64,000 nt of DNA from an uncultured Bacteroidaceae bacterium (GCA_964550635.1 CAZJZV010000002.1:48502-112501); one strand, 5' to 3'; counted from the stretch's first letter, positions 8,883-18,600 are shown. Notes: generated by a model from the sequence alone, not told the origin. Made by a program: numbers and translations.

Positions 8883-10091
8883 ATGACAATTCTTGAATAT
8901 CTCAATCAATCCTATACCGCTTTTCACGCAGTCGCGAATGCAAAAACCATGCTAGACGAGAGCGGTTTCAAATCCCTTAATCTCGCGGACAAATGGCAAA
9001 TCGAAGTCGGCGGAAAATACTACGTCACGAAAAACGATAGCGCAATAATCGCCTTCTCGATAGGGGAAAAGAACGTGTATAAAATCGTCGGTTGCCACAC
9101 CGATTCCCCTTGTCTCAAAGTCAAGGGAAACAAACTCGTTCAGAGCGCGGAAGGTCTTCGCATAAACGTCGAAAAATACGGCGGTCTCATCCTTGGAAGC
9201 ATGCTCGACATACCCCTTGTCGTCGCGGGCAGACTCCTTGTGAAAGACGGAAACGAGATAAAAACCGAACTCGTCAAGAGCGATTTCAACGTCAATATCC
9301 CTAGCGTTTGCATACACCACAACCCGAAAGTCAACGACGGTATCACACTCAGTGTGCAACACGATATGTTGCCGCTCGTCATGGGCGAAAACGATGATTT
9401 ATACGACGTGCTTGCCCACGGCAAAGAAGTGCTTGACGCCGACTTATACGTCGTCCCCGCGGTCGCTCCGTATTATAGCGGACGAGATAACGATTTGCTT
9501 GTTTCTCCCAGAATCGACAATTTAACTAGCGTTTACGGTGCGATAAAAGCCGTAATCGGTTGCAAGCCCGACGGTATCGCTCTTGCTTGTTGCTTCGACA
9601 ACGAAGAGATTGGCAACGGCACGAAACAGGGCGCGGCATCCGCATTCTTGACCACCGTCCTTGGCAAAACAAATCGCGCACTCGGCGGTAGTGATGACGA
9701 TTTCACCTATGCCACCGAGAACGGTTTTATCTTGTCCGTGGACAACGGACACGCAGTGCATCCGTCCCATCCCGAACTCTGCGACGTCTGCGAAAAGGTG
9801 TATCTCAACGGCGGTATAGTCGTCAAGCATCATTCCAACTATTCGACGGACGGTTATTCTTCCGCAGTCGTCAAAAAACTCTTCGACAATAACGGCATAA
9901 AGTGGCAGGACTATTACAACAATTCTGACATCCGTTGCGGCGGTACGCTTGGACTCGTGACGAGCGTGCAACTCGGCATGAATGCCTGCGATATAGGACT
10001 TGCGCAACTCGCAATGCACTCCGCAATCGAAACCGTCGGCACCCACGACGTCCCGCTCATGGAAAAGGCACTGACCGCTTTTTTCGACTGA
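8883..10091 (+). CDS. M18 family aminopeptidase
   Basis: GCHTDSPCLKVK and other M18-like motifs. ATG 8883 (MTILEYLN...) is preferred over the track start at 8844. Confidence 0.85.
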   Translation: MTILEYLNQSYTAFHAVANAKTMLDESGFKSLNLADKWQIEVGGKYYVTKNDSAIIAFSIGEKNVYKIVGCHTDSPCLKVKGNKLVQSAEGLRINVEKYGGLILGSMLDIPLVVAGRLLVKDGNEIKTELVKSDFNVNIPSVCIHHNPKVNDGITLSVQHDMLPLVMGENDDLYDVLAHGKEVLDADLYVVPAVAPYYSGRDNDLLVSPRIDNLTSVYGAIKAVIGCKPDGIALACCFDNEEIGNGTKQGAASAFLTTVLGKTNRALGGSDDDFTYATENGFILSVDNGHAVHPSHPELCDVCEKVYLNGGIVVKHHSNYSTDGYSSAVVKKLFDNNGIKWQDYYNNSDIRCGGTLGLVTSVQLGMNACDIGLAQLAMHSAIETVGTHDVPLMEKALTAFFD

Positions 10092-10158
10092 CGGAATATA
10101 TACGCCGCGATTTCTCTTGCCAAAACAGATTTTTTGTTGTAAAATAACAAATCGTTAC

Positions 10159-10249
10159 GGATGAGTATCGAAGTGGTCATAACGGCCCGCACTCGAAATG
10201 CGGTAACGGGGTAACTCGTTCGTGGGTTCGAATCCCACCTCATCCGCCA
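10159..10249 (+). tRNA. tRNA-Ser (anticodon CGA), CCA encoded
   Basis: The cloverleaf folds by hand: acceptor GGATGAG/CTCATCC, 3-bp D stem, anticodon stem CCGCA/TGCGG with loop CTCGAAA, long variable arm, T arm GTGGG-TTCGAAT-CCCAC, discriminator G plus CCA. Confidence 0.95.
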
Positions 10250-10250
10250 A

Positions 10251-10700
10251 CAAACCCGATGAACTTCGGGTTTGTTTTTATTTGGTGGGATTCACGGTGT
10301 GTTTTTCACACCTGTTGTGCTACGCACAATAAACCCACGAGTTCGTGGCTAACGCTCCGCTTACGTGAGTAAACTCACCGCTCCGCTATTACGCGCGCTC
10401 CGCTTGCTACGAATCCCACTCATCCGTGGGCAAACCCGATGAATTTCGGGTTTGTTTTTATTTGGTGGGATTCACGGTGTGTTTTTCACACCTGTTGTGC
10501 TACGCACAATAAACCCACGAGTTCGTGGCTAACGCTCCGCTTACGTGAGTAAACTCACCGCTCCGCTATTACGCGCGCTCCGCTTGCTACGAATCCCACT
10601 CATCCGTGGGCAAACCCGATGAATTTCGGGCTTGTTTTATTTGGTGGGATTCCTGTACTACGCACAATACACGCATACGCATGTGAACCCACGAGTTCGT
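10251..10700 (+). repeat. 180-bp tandem repeat (two copies 179/180 identical plus a diverged partial third), each with a terminator hairpin and a pseudo tRNA-Ser 3' end
   Basis: Units span 10251-10430 and 10431-10610 and differ only at 10264/10444. Each starts with CAAACCCGAtgaaYttCGGGTTTGTTTTT and ends with GAATCCCACTCATCCG, matching the tRNA 3' end GAATCCCACCTCATCCG. Confidence 0.95.
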
Positions 10701-10766
10701 GGATAACCACAAGCGACAAGGGAAGAAAGCGCAAAGCATTTTCGTAGATTGTGCGCAGTGAACGTA

Positions 10767-10797
10767 TAAAAACAACGCACGGTTGTGCGTTGTTTTT
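10767..10797. terminator. Bidirectional terminator (serves the maa-like gene on the minus strand)
   Basis: AAAAACAACGCAC-ggtt-GTGCGTTGTTTTT. Confidence 0.75.
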
Positions 10798-10830
10798 GGT
10801 TATAGATTTTTTGGAAGGGTTGAAAAAGGA

Positions 10831-11415
10831 TTATTTTTTGGCGTCGAGGGGACGGATGATTTTGGCGGGGACGCCGGCAACGAGGGTTCTCGGGGGGACG
10901 TCTTTGTTGACTACCGCACCGGCGGCGACGACTGCACCGTCACCGATTGTTACGCCGGGGAGAATGGAGACGTTCGCACAGAGCCAAACGTCGTTGCCGA
11001 TTTTGACGTCCTTGTTGAATTGAAGTCCGCCCGCTCTTTCTTCGGGGATAGTGGGGTGGGATGCGGTGATGATTGTGACGTTCGGACCGAACATACAACC
11101 GTTGCCGATATAGATTTCGCCGTCGTCTACGAGAGTGAGATTGAAGTTGGCGTAGAAGTCGTTGCCGACGTGGACGTGTCTACCGCCGAAATTTGCGTGG
11201 AAGGGCGGTTCGACGTAGACGTTTTTGCCGCATTCCGCGAAAATTTTTTTGAGAAGGTGCATTCTATAAGACGGGAAAAAGCCCGAAGTGCGATTGTAGC
11301 GTTTGACGGTGGTTTTGTAAAGTTCCTGTTTTGCCATGATATGAATATCGCTCGCATCGTAGACCTCGCCTGCTTTCATACGTTGGAGATTGAGTTCGCG
11401 TTCTTGTTTGGTCAT
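10831..11415 (-). CDS. maa: Maltose/galactoside O-acetyltransferase (hexapeptide-repeat family)
   Basis: Maa/LacA-like N-terminal domain followed by left-handed beta-helix hexapeptide repeats ([31 protein letters not shown]). Confidence 0.85.
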   Translation of the reverse strand: MTKQERELNLQRMKAGEVYDASDIHIMAKQELYKTTVKRYNRTSGFFPSYRMHLLKKIFAECGKNVYVEPPFHANFGGRHVHVGNDFYANFNLTLVDDGEIYIGNGCMFGPNVTIITASHPTIPEERAGGLQFNKDVKIGNDVWLCANVSILPGVTIGDGAVVAAGAVVNKDVPPRTLVAGVPAKIIRPLDAKK

Positions 11416-11519
11416 GGTGCACCTCTATGATTAGATTGCGGATAACCGCGAGATTATTATAGCATAGTTCGGGCAAAAATCAATATTGAATTAAAACGCG
11501 CGGGCACGTGAGAATTATC

Positions 11520-11549
11520 TTGACATTTTTTGCATATATATGATATGCT
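11520..11549 (+). promoter_or_regulatory. Promoter of the P-type ATPase leader
   Basis: TTGACA (11520-11525), 18-nt spacer, extended -10 TGaTATGCT (11541-11549). Confidence 0.55.
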
Positions 11550-11554
11550 AACGA

Positions 11555-11682
11555 CATATTGAGGGAGTAATTCCGCTAGTTTTATGCGAGGCATACCCGT
11601 CAGTACGGCCGTATGGTCCGGGGTGCTTATAGAGAATGAGACTCATGTGCAATCAAAGGCGAAGCGCATGGGTTTTTATTTT
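11555..11682 (+). promoter_or_regulatory. Probable yybP-ykoY (Mn2+) riboswitch with terminator expression platform
   Basis: 5' TTGAGGGAGTAAT resembles the conserved GGGGAGUAG. 3' TTATAGAGAATGAGAC resembles the conserved AGAGAGAC side. P1 pairs CATATTGAG with CTCATGTG. The 3' P1 strand overlaps terminator CATGTGC-13nt-GCGCATG followed by GGTTTTTATTTT. It sits upstream of a P-type ATPase. Confidence 0.55.
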
Positions 11683-11721
11683 ATCCTTGCGATTTTGCCG
11701 AAGCCAAAAGGAGTAATTATT

Positions 11722-14421
11722 ATGGAACAAGCGTACAAACGTCCCTCGGAGGAAGTTTTGGAGTCTTTGTCTACCTCGTCTGACGGACTGTCCGACGAAG
11801 AGGCAAAAAAGCGGTTGGAGCAGTACGGTCCTAACAAACTGAAAGAAGCCAAAAAACCTAATATTTTTCAACGATTTTTAGCGCAACTCAAGGATCCTAT
11901 GCTCATCATTTTGCTTGTCGCGGCAGGCGTGAGTGCAATCACCGGCGTGGTGTCGGGCGAAAGCGAATGGGCGGAAGTCATCATCATACTTGCGGTTGTG
12001 CTTCTCAACGCGATTTTGGGCGTATTTCAAGAGAGCAAGGCGGAGGCGGCGATTGAGGCGTTGCAGACGATGACCGCCGCAACTTGCAAGGTTTTGAGAA
12101 ACGGAAAGTTGTCCGTGTTACACTCTGACGAGATAGTCCCCGGGGACGTGGTGGTGCTTGAAGCGGGCGATTCGGTGCCTGCGGACGGTCGTATCATCGA
12201 AAACGCATCCCTGAAGATAGAAGAAGCGGCACTCACAGGCGAATCCGTCCCTGTGAATAAGGTGCTTGACGCGTTGGGACTCGTGGACAGTGCGGAAGAT
12301 ATACCCCTTGGCGACAGAAAAAATATGTGCTATATGGGCTCGACCGTGGTGTACGGCAGGGGAAAGGCGGTCATTACCGGAACCGGAATGAACACCGAAA
12401 TGGGCAAAATCGCGGGTGCGTTGTCGGCGACTGCGGAAGAGCAAACGCCCTTGCAGAAGAAGTTGGACGAACTCGGCAAACTTCTCTCGAAAATCGTGCT
12501 CGGCATTTGCGTATTCATATTCCTTTTCAATCTTTTGATGGCAAGGAGCGAACTCACGGTTGAAGGACACGCGTTGTCCGTCGTGTTGAAGACCTTTATG
12601 GTTGCGGTATCTCTTGCGGTTGCGGCGATACCCGAAGGACTTGCGACAGTCGTCACCGTCGTGTTGTCTATAGGCGTGACGAAGATGTCGAAGCGAAACG
12701 CGGTCATACGCAGATTGACGGCGGTCGAAACGCTCGGTTGTACGCAGGTAATTTGCTCGGACAAAACAGGCACACTCACCCAAAACAAAATGACGGTCGT
12801 GGAGTGTAAGGGAGACGAAAAAGCGGTTGCGACCGCTATGGCTCTCTGCTCGGATGCAATTCTCAATGACGAAAATCAAGCGGAAGGGGAGCCTACGGAA
12901 TGTGCGCTCGTGAACTTCGCTTATTCGGTCGGACTGAAAAAGCAGGATATGGAAAGTGCGACTCCGCGTGTTGACGAAGCGCCGTTCGATTCGGGACGTA
13001 AGATGATGTCTACGGTGCACGCAAAGGACGGAGCGTACGTGCAATATACGAAGGGCGGACCCGACGTCGTGTTGTCGAGATGCGCATACTACGACGAGGA
13101 CGGCATAGTCAAACCCATGACCGACGAAAAGCGCGCGGAAATCATGGAATGGAACAAGGAAATGGCGGACAAAGCACTTCGCGTGCTTGCGGTAGCGCGT
13201 AGGGATTGGGCGGAAAAACCCGAAGACAACACCCCTGAATATCTCGAAAACGACTTGATATTCCTTGGCTTGACGGGCATGATAGACCCCATCCGTCCCG
13301 AAGTTAAGGCGGCAATCGAAGAGTGTCGAAACGCAGGCATTAGAGCGGTTATGATCACCGGTGACCACAAGGACACGGCGGTTGCGATAGCGAAAGAACT
13401 CGGAATCATCACGGACGAGAGCGAAGCGATCACAGGCGCGGAACTCGAAAGCATATCCGACGAAGATTTGCCCGAATACGTCAAGAAATACGGCGTGTAC
13501 GCAAGAGTGCAACCCGAACATAAAACCCGAATCGTCAATGCGTGGAAATCCCTTGGTGCAATCACTGCAATGACGGGGGACGGCGTGAACGACGCACCGT
13601 CCATAAAGTCCGCGGATATAGGCGTAGGCATGGGAATAACGGGCACGGACGTTACGAAAAACGTGGCGGATATGGTGCTTGCGGACGACAACTTCGCGAC
13701 TATCGTTTCGGCGGTAGGGGAAGGGCGACGCATATACGACAACATAAGAAAAGCGATACAATTCTTGCTTGCGTCGAATTTGAGCGAAGTGCTCGGCGTA
13801 TTCTGCGCAACGCTGATGGGATTCACCCTATTGAACCCCGTACACCTGTTGTTCATCAACTTGGTCACCGACTGTTTCCCCGCACTCGCGCTTGGCATGG
13901 AAGAGGCGGAACCCGACACGATGAACAGACCTCCGCGCAACTCGAAAGACGGCATATTTGCGGGCGGACTATTCGTGGATATAGCCTATCAAGGCATACT
14001 GGTCACGGCACTCACGATAATATCTTATATTATCGGCAACTCGTTCGAAGTGGGGCATTTCGCTCTTCCGCAAGGTGTGTCCGAGCACGGAATGACTATG
14101 GCGTTTTTGACGATGAGTATGTGCGAGATATTCCACTCGTTCAACCTGCGCTCCCAACGCAAATCCATATTCACGTTGAAATCGCAAAACAAAGTGTTGT
14201 GGATAGCGATGGCAGGCTCGTTGTTGTTGACGACTGCGATACTCGAAATACCTTTCATTGCAAACGCATTCGGATTTACCCCTGTGGGCATAAAGGAATA
14301 TGCGATAGCACTTGCGCTTGCGGTGGTGGTGATACCCGTGGTGGAAATTGTCAAAATTTGTCAAAGAGCGTACGCAAAAAGGCGGGTGAAAAAAACGGAG
14401 GAAATGCCACAAGAAAACTGA
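11722..14421 (+). CDS. P2-type cation-transporting ATPase (Ca2+/Mn2+ exporter class)
   Basis: CSDKTGTLTQN phosphorylation site, IPEGLATV (PEGL), TGDHKDTA and TGDGVNDAPSIK. ATG 11722 with AAAGGAG RBS is preferred over the track start at 11584. Confidence 0.9.
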   Translation: MEQAYKRPSEEVLESLSTSSDGLSDEEAKKRLEQYGPNKLKEAKKPNIFQRFLAQLKDPMLIILLVAAGVSAITGVVSGESEWAEVIIILAVVLLNAILGVFQESKAEAAIEALQTMTAATCKVLRNGKLSVLHSDEIVPGDVVVLEAGDSVPADGRIIENASLKIEEAALTGESVPVNKVLDALGLVDSAEDIPLGDRKNMCYMGSTVVYGRGKAVITGTGMNTEMGKIAGALSATAEEQTPLQKKLDELGKLLSKIVLGICVFIFLFNLLMARSELTVEGHALSVVLKTFMVAVSLAVAAIPEGLATVVTVVLSIGVTKMSKRNAVIRRLTAVETLGCTQVICSDKTGTLTQNKMTVVECKGDEKAVATAMALCSDAILNDENQAEGEPTECALVNFAYSVGLKKQDMESATPRVDEAPFDSGRKMMSTVHAKDGAYVQYTKGGPDVVLSRCAYYDEDGIVKPMTDEKRAEIMEWNKEMADKALRVLAVARRDWAEKPEDNTPEYLENDLIFLGLTGMIDPIRPEVKAAIEECRNAGIRAVMITGDHKDTAVAIAKELGIITDESEAITGAELESISDEDLPEYVKKYGVYARVQPEHKTRIVNAWKSLGAITAMTGDGVNDAPSIKSADIGVGMGITGTDVTKNVADMVLADDNFATIVSAVGEGRRIYDNIRKAIQFLLASNLSEVLGVFCATLMGFTLLNPVHLLFINLVTDCFPALALGMEEAEPDTMNRPPRNSKDGIFAGGLFVDIAYQGILVTALTIISYIIGNSFEVGHFALPQGVSEHGMTMAFLTMSMCEIFHSFNLRSQRKSIFTLKSQNKVLWIAMAGSLLLTTAILEIPFIANAFGFTPVGIKEYAIALALAVVVIPVVEIVKICQRAYAKRRVKKTEEMPQEN

Positions 14422-14440
14422 ACTTAAAAGAAAAAAAGAG

Positions 14441-14466
14441 AAGAGCGACTGCGGTCGCTCTTTTTT
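14441..14466 (+). terminator. Intrinsic terminator after the ATPase gene
   Basis: AGAGCGAC-tgcg-GTCGCTCT followed by TTTTT. Confidence 0.8.
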
Positions 14467-14480
14467 AGTAAAAGCGGTTA

Positions 14481-14752
14481 GAATGTCGAAAACAAGCGAA
14501 TAATGACGATAAAAGAAGAATGATGACGATAAAAGAATTATAATGATAAAAGAGCAAAAATAAAGTCGAAAAGACACTAACAATGACGAAATCACACCGA
14601 TAAAGTCAAAAATGCACTAACAATGGAAAAAGTGCAAGAATGACAGCGAAAAAACAAGGATAGTGTCGAAAGAATACGGATAAAGTCGATAATGCAAGAA
14701 TTATGACGAAAGCAGGCGGATAGTGTCGAAACGTGCGGATAGAATGTCGAAA
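14481..14752. repeat. Degenerate tandem array of 14 units with exact 20-bp period (conserved half AATGWCGAAA plus variable half)
   Basis: Conserved 10-mers start at 14481, 14501, 14521 and so on to 14741 (aatgtcgaaa, aatgacgata, gatgacgata, aatgataaaa, aaagtcgaaa, aatgacgaaa, ...). The A-tracts are phased every 20 bp. Confidence 0.9.
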
Positions 14753-14932
14753 AATCACGAACGGTGGCGGTTTGTGTCGGTGGGTTTGACGATAGGGTAG
14801 GCATTCGGACGGTCGGCGGTAATCTTGTTTAGGGCGCAGACTAGCGGTCGATTGATTTGTATATTGAAAGAATAGTGGACAAAATAAACTGTATATTTAT
14901 ATATAATTATTCTTGCGCTTGAAAAGGGTTGG

Positions 14933-14955
14933 TGCTATAATTGATTAAACAATCA
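14933..14955 (+). promoter_or_regulatory. Extended -10 promoter plus small palindrome (candidate TetR operator)
   Basis: TGcTATAAT at 14933-14941, immediately followed by TGATT-aaac-AATCA at 14942-14955. Confidence 0.4.
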
Positions 14956-14988
14956 TTTTAATACTATAGACTAAGGCGGAATAACTGA

Positions 14989-15564
14989 ATGATTAGTGAA
15001 CAAAAACGTCAAAAAAAGAAAGAAGAAATCATGGATAAGTGTTTCGATTGCTATGCGGAGCACGGTCTTGGCAACGTCGGAATTAAGGCACTCGGCAAGG
15101 CATGCGGAATAGCGTCGGGCAGTTTGTACACCTATTTCGACGACCTTGACGATCTTATCGTGCAATCCACTGCGTACGTCATGAGCAAAGTCGAGGACGA
15201 CTTCATGTCCATTGCGCCTAGGTCGGCGGACGAAGTCGCGAAGTTCATCGACGAAGTGCCATATTGGACGGCGCAAAAGCACGGAAAGAAGTATAGGCTT
15301 ATGTATCAAGTCTACACCAATCCCAAATACATAGAAGAAGGCAAGAAGTTTTTTGACGGAGTCAACGAGCGTTACACCGAATATGCGAAGGAACTCGAAC
15401 CCAAAATCGGGATTTCGCATACGATGATTACGCCGTTGATTTTCATTTTAATACGCGCGTGCGTGCACTACGCAATGTTCGATGACGAGTATTATCTCAA
15501 CTCGCAGATCGACGTATTGAAAAAGGCAATCGCACTGTTCGTGACGGACGGCGCAAACAAATAA
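14989..15564 (+). CDS. TetR/AcrR family transcriptional regulator
   Basis: N-terminal HTH (GLGNVGIKALGKACGIASGSLYTYFDD) and an all-helical C-terminal ligand domain. It ends 36 nt before the giant gene. Confidence 0.85.
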   Translation: MISEQKRQKKKEEIMDKCFDCYAEHGLGNVGIKALGKACGIASGSLYTYFDDLDDLIVQSTAYVMSKVEDDFMSIAPRSADEVAKFIDEVPYWTAQKHGKKYRLMYQVYTNPKYIEEGKKFFDGVNERYTEYAKELEPKIGISHTMITPLIFILIRACVHYAMFDDEYYLNSQIDVLKKAIALFVTDGANK

Positions 15565-15600
15565 GGTTTTTTAGAGGAGAAATATCCTCGGAGGTATAGT

Positions 15601-18600
15601 ATGGCAAAGATGAAAAACGCACCAATCGTAGCACTTGCAATTGCAATGATGATTTTGCTCTGCGCGGTCGTTCTGATAGGGGACGGAAACGTAGCGGTCG
15701 CATATGCGGAGGGTGCAAGCACGAACGAAGCACAAATCACGACGTCCGCGGGCGTGACGACGGAGTATGCAACGCTTGCCGAAGCGGTGAGCGCACTGCA
15801 AAATAACGACACGTTGACACTGCTCGGCAACGCGACTCTTGAGAGCGACGTCACCATAAACAAAACCATCACGTTTGATCTTGGCACGTTCTACTTAGGC
15901 GGAACGAGCAAATTGATCATCGGCAATATGGGAGTCGTAAAACTCAACAACGGCACCGTTTCTTGTCCAGTTAAAGTCAACGGCGGATTGAATGGCAACG
16001 CAGCATATGGAAATGACGTTGAAGACTATGGATCTATCAGCGGCGGCACTTTCAATGGAACGGTTAAAGTTTATCAGTTCGGTGAAACGGATAGCAATGC
16101 CATTAGTCTTTTAGGCGGGACATACCTCGGAACCGTAAACAATTACGGCATGATAGGTCATCCGAATCACAAAAATCTTACTCTCGAGTTGGCGGGGACG
16201 GTCAACAATTACGCTTCGATTTTACTCGGCACTTTCAGCGGAATTGTCAACAATAGTGCTTTTATTTCCGGCGGTGAATTTACTGCGATTTCAACGGTCA
16301 ACAATCAAAGACTTGCCGAGTCGAATAATACAAATATTTGCATTTATGGCGGTACGTTCAAAGGCGCGGTCAACAATACAGCTACGACGGTAGACGGCAA
16401 TACGATCACTCCGAAAATCAAAGAGTATACGTATTCCCCCGACGTTGTACCTGTGTTTACAGAAACTTCGACCGTGACCAACAACTCAATAATTGAAAAC
16501 GGTGATTTTAGTGGATCGGTTGCTAATAGCAACACAATCAGCGGCGGCACGTTCAAAGGCGCAGTCACCAATAATAGCGGAGCGACGATTTCGGGTGGTA
16601 CTTTCCAAAGCACCGTCACCAACAGCGGAACGATAGGCGGTGGTACTTCCACCAATGCTGCAACCATCACCAACAATAGCGACGGCACGATTTCGAGCGG
16701 CACTTTCAGCGGAACGGTTGCTAATAGCGGTACGATCAGTGGCGGTACGTTCAACGTGTCGTCTTTGCAAAACAACGGCGGTACGATAAGCGCAGGCACT
16801 TTCACGGTCGGTACTTCTTTTGTCAACGACGGCGGAAATATAAGTGGCGGCGACTTCACTCTGAATTGCAATCTTGAGAATAAAAATGGCGATGGCAATA
16901 ATAATAAAGGAATTTTTGGCGGTACGTTCGCCGAAAGCACCGACACCCAAAAGACTCTCGTGAACTACCCGAATGGAGTAATTAGAGGTGGTGAGTTCAC
17001 GTTTACGAAGTTTGAAAACAATACGTTTGCAAGCAACGGAACTTTTGAAGAATATGGTTTTATATACGGTGGCACTTTCAACGTTGGCGGGGAATTTGCT
17101 ATTATTTTAGGCGGCACCATCAGCACCGGCGAAAGTGATTATATCGTGTTCAACTTGAGAGGAAATGCAGAAAATTACGCTTCCCTTAAAAAATGTCGGT
17201 TCATAAGTTCTTCTTCCGTCACTCTCACAAACTACGGGGCGATAGAAAACGTTACCGTCTCAGTCGAAGTCGACAACGACTGTACGACGATAACATCTCA
17301 TAACTATTCGGGCAACTTGAAGAGCGGTACTTTCAACAAAGAAGTCGTCAACAAAAACAGTGCAACGATTTCAGGCGGTACTTTCTCCGAAAAGGTCACG
17401 AACAACGGCACCATTTCGGGCGGTACGTTCAGCGGAGAAGTAATCAACAATAGCGGAGCGACGATTTCGGGCGGTACTTGCGAAACGACTTCTTCCGTCA
17501 CCAACAACGGTACGGTGAGCGGCGGCACGTTCAAAGGTGTCTTCGTCAACGACGGTACGGTGAGCGGCACAACCGTCTCATTCAGCGGGGGAAGCGCAGA
17601 AGTTATCAACAACAGCATTATGCGCATAAGCAACAATATGGCGTTTTACGAGTGTAAGAGTGTTGTGAACTATGGCACGCTTGACAAGTCATCCGACGGC
17701 AGTGCTTTTTGCACTTTTGCGAAATGCCCTCTCACAATAGATTTAAAGACGGGAGTCACTCCCATGGTTAGCAATTGTTGGATTTATATTGGCGCGTCGG
17801 TGATTATAAAAACACCGAACTGCATCGGCGCAGGCAACCAATTCGACAATTTGGTCAAGGTCGAAGGGCTTGACAATCTTGGTCAAGCACTCAACGACAG
17901 TGCGTTCGTCAACTCTTCCGATGAGTATCTCAATCCATATACGGTAACCTCTTTTGCATCAAACGCCAAGACGGTCGCGCACACTCACGTTATTGATTCG
18001 TCCACGGGACTCTGCGAATGTCATTACGAATGCCCTCACAGCCCGAACGAAGGCGGTCTCTGCAGCGAATGCGGTTATCAATATACCGCAATGGTAGACA
18101 AAGGGGAGTCGGTCAAATATTTCAAAGACTTGCAATCCGCATTCGATTTCGTCAACAGCAGTGACGACGTCGTGACTTTGTTCAAATCGTCGTTCGCCGA
18201 GGACGTGACGATCTCTCACTCCTGCACGATCAAATTCTACAATTCTGAGTTCAATTCGCAACCGAAATCCACCGAGGAAAACGCACAGTATGCGTCCATT
18301 ACCATTGCAGAAGGCGTGGTCGTTTCTGCTAAAGCAACGCATTCTAATGCTCAAATCAATGCCAACATGACGATCAACGGCACTATCCGCAACGCGTCTG
18401 CAGGAGACCGCATACTTTTCAATATTGCGTCTGACGTTGCATATAGTATAACGATCGGCGAAAGCGGCACTTTGCACACTAATCCTACGAGCTACGTCTA
18501 TAACGCCACCAACTACGGCACTTTGGCAGGCGGTTGTTTGGTTAACGTCACCAACTACGGCACAATCGATTCTTTCGTTTTGGACGGCGTGACTTACCGC

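Noticed and set aside
12118-13761. Very long antisense ORFs opposite real genes. Examples: 12118-13761 (547 aa), 43866-45683 (605 aa), 37512-38738 (408 aa), 52254-53387 (377 aa), 28-1155 (375 aa), 63067-63972, 2044-2940 and 41918-42637.
   Set aside because: They are codon-aligned with well-supported sense genes (P-type ATPase, ThrS, SigA, NifS and others). They have odd Phe/Val/Arg/Asp/Cys-rich compositions and lack RBS or family motifs. The sense genes avoid TTA, CTA and TCA codons, which keeps the mirror frame free of stops. They are shadow ORFs, not genes.
13542-14468. Same-strand alternative-frame ORFs inside real genes. Examples: 13542-14468 (308 aa, Arg-rich), 2792-3349, 10783-11430, and the many 60-200-aa ORFs in both directions inside the giant gene.
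   Set aside because: They have low-complexity Arg/Ser/Thr/Pro-rich translations and no start signals, and they are fully embedded in frames with strong family evidence.
14481-14752. Whether the 20-bp array, and the 23-bp arrays at 34575 and 47809, are CRISPR arrays.
   Set aside because: The conserved part is only about 10 bp and degenerate. The 'spacers' are only 10-15 bp and are self-complementary in two of the arrays. There is no leader or cas gene in the window.
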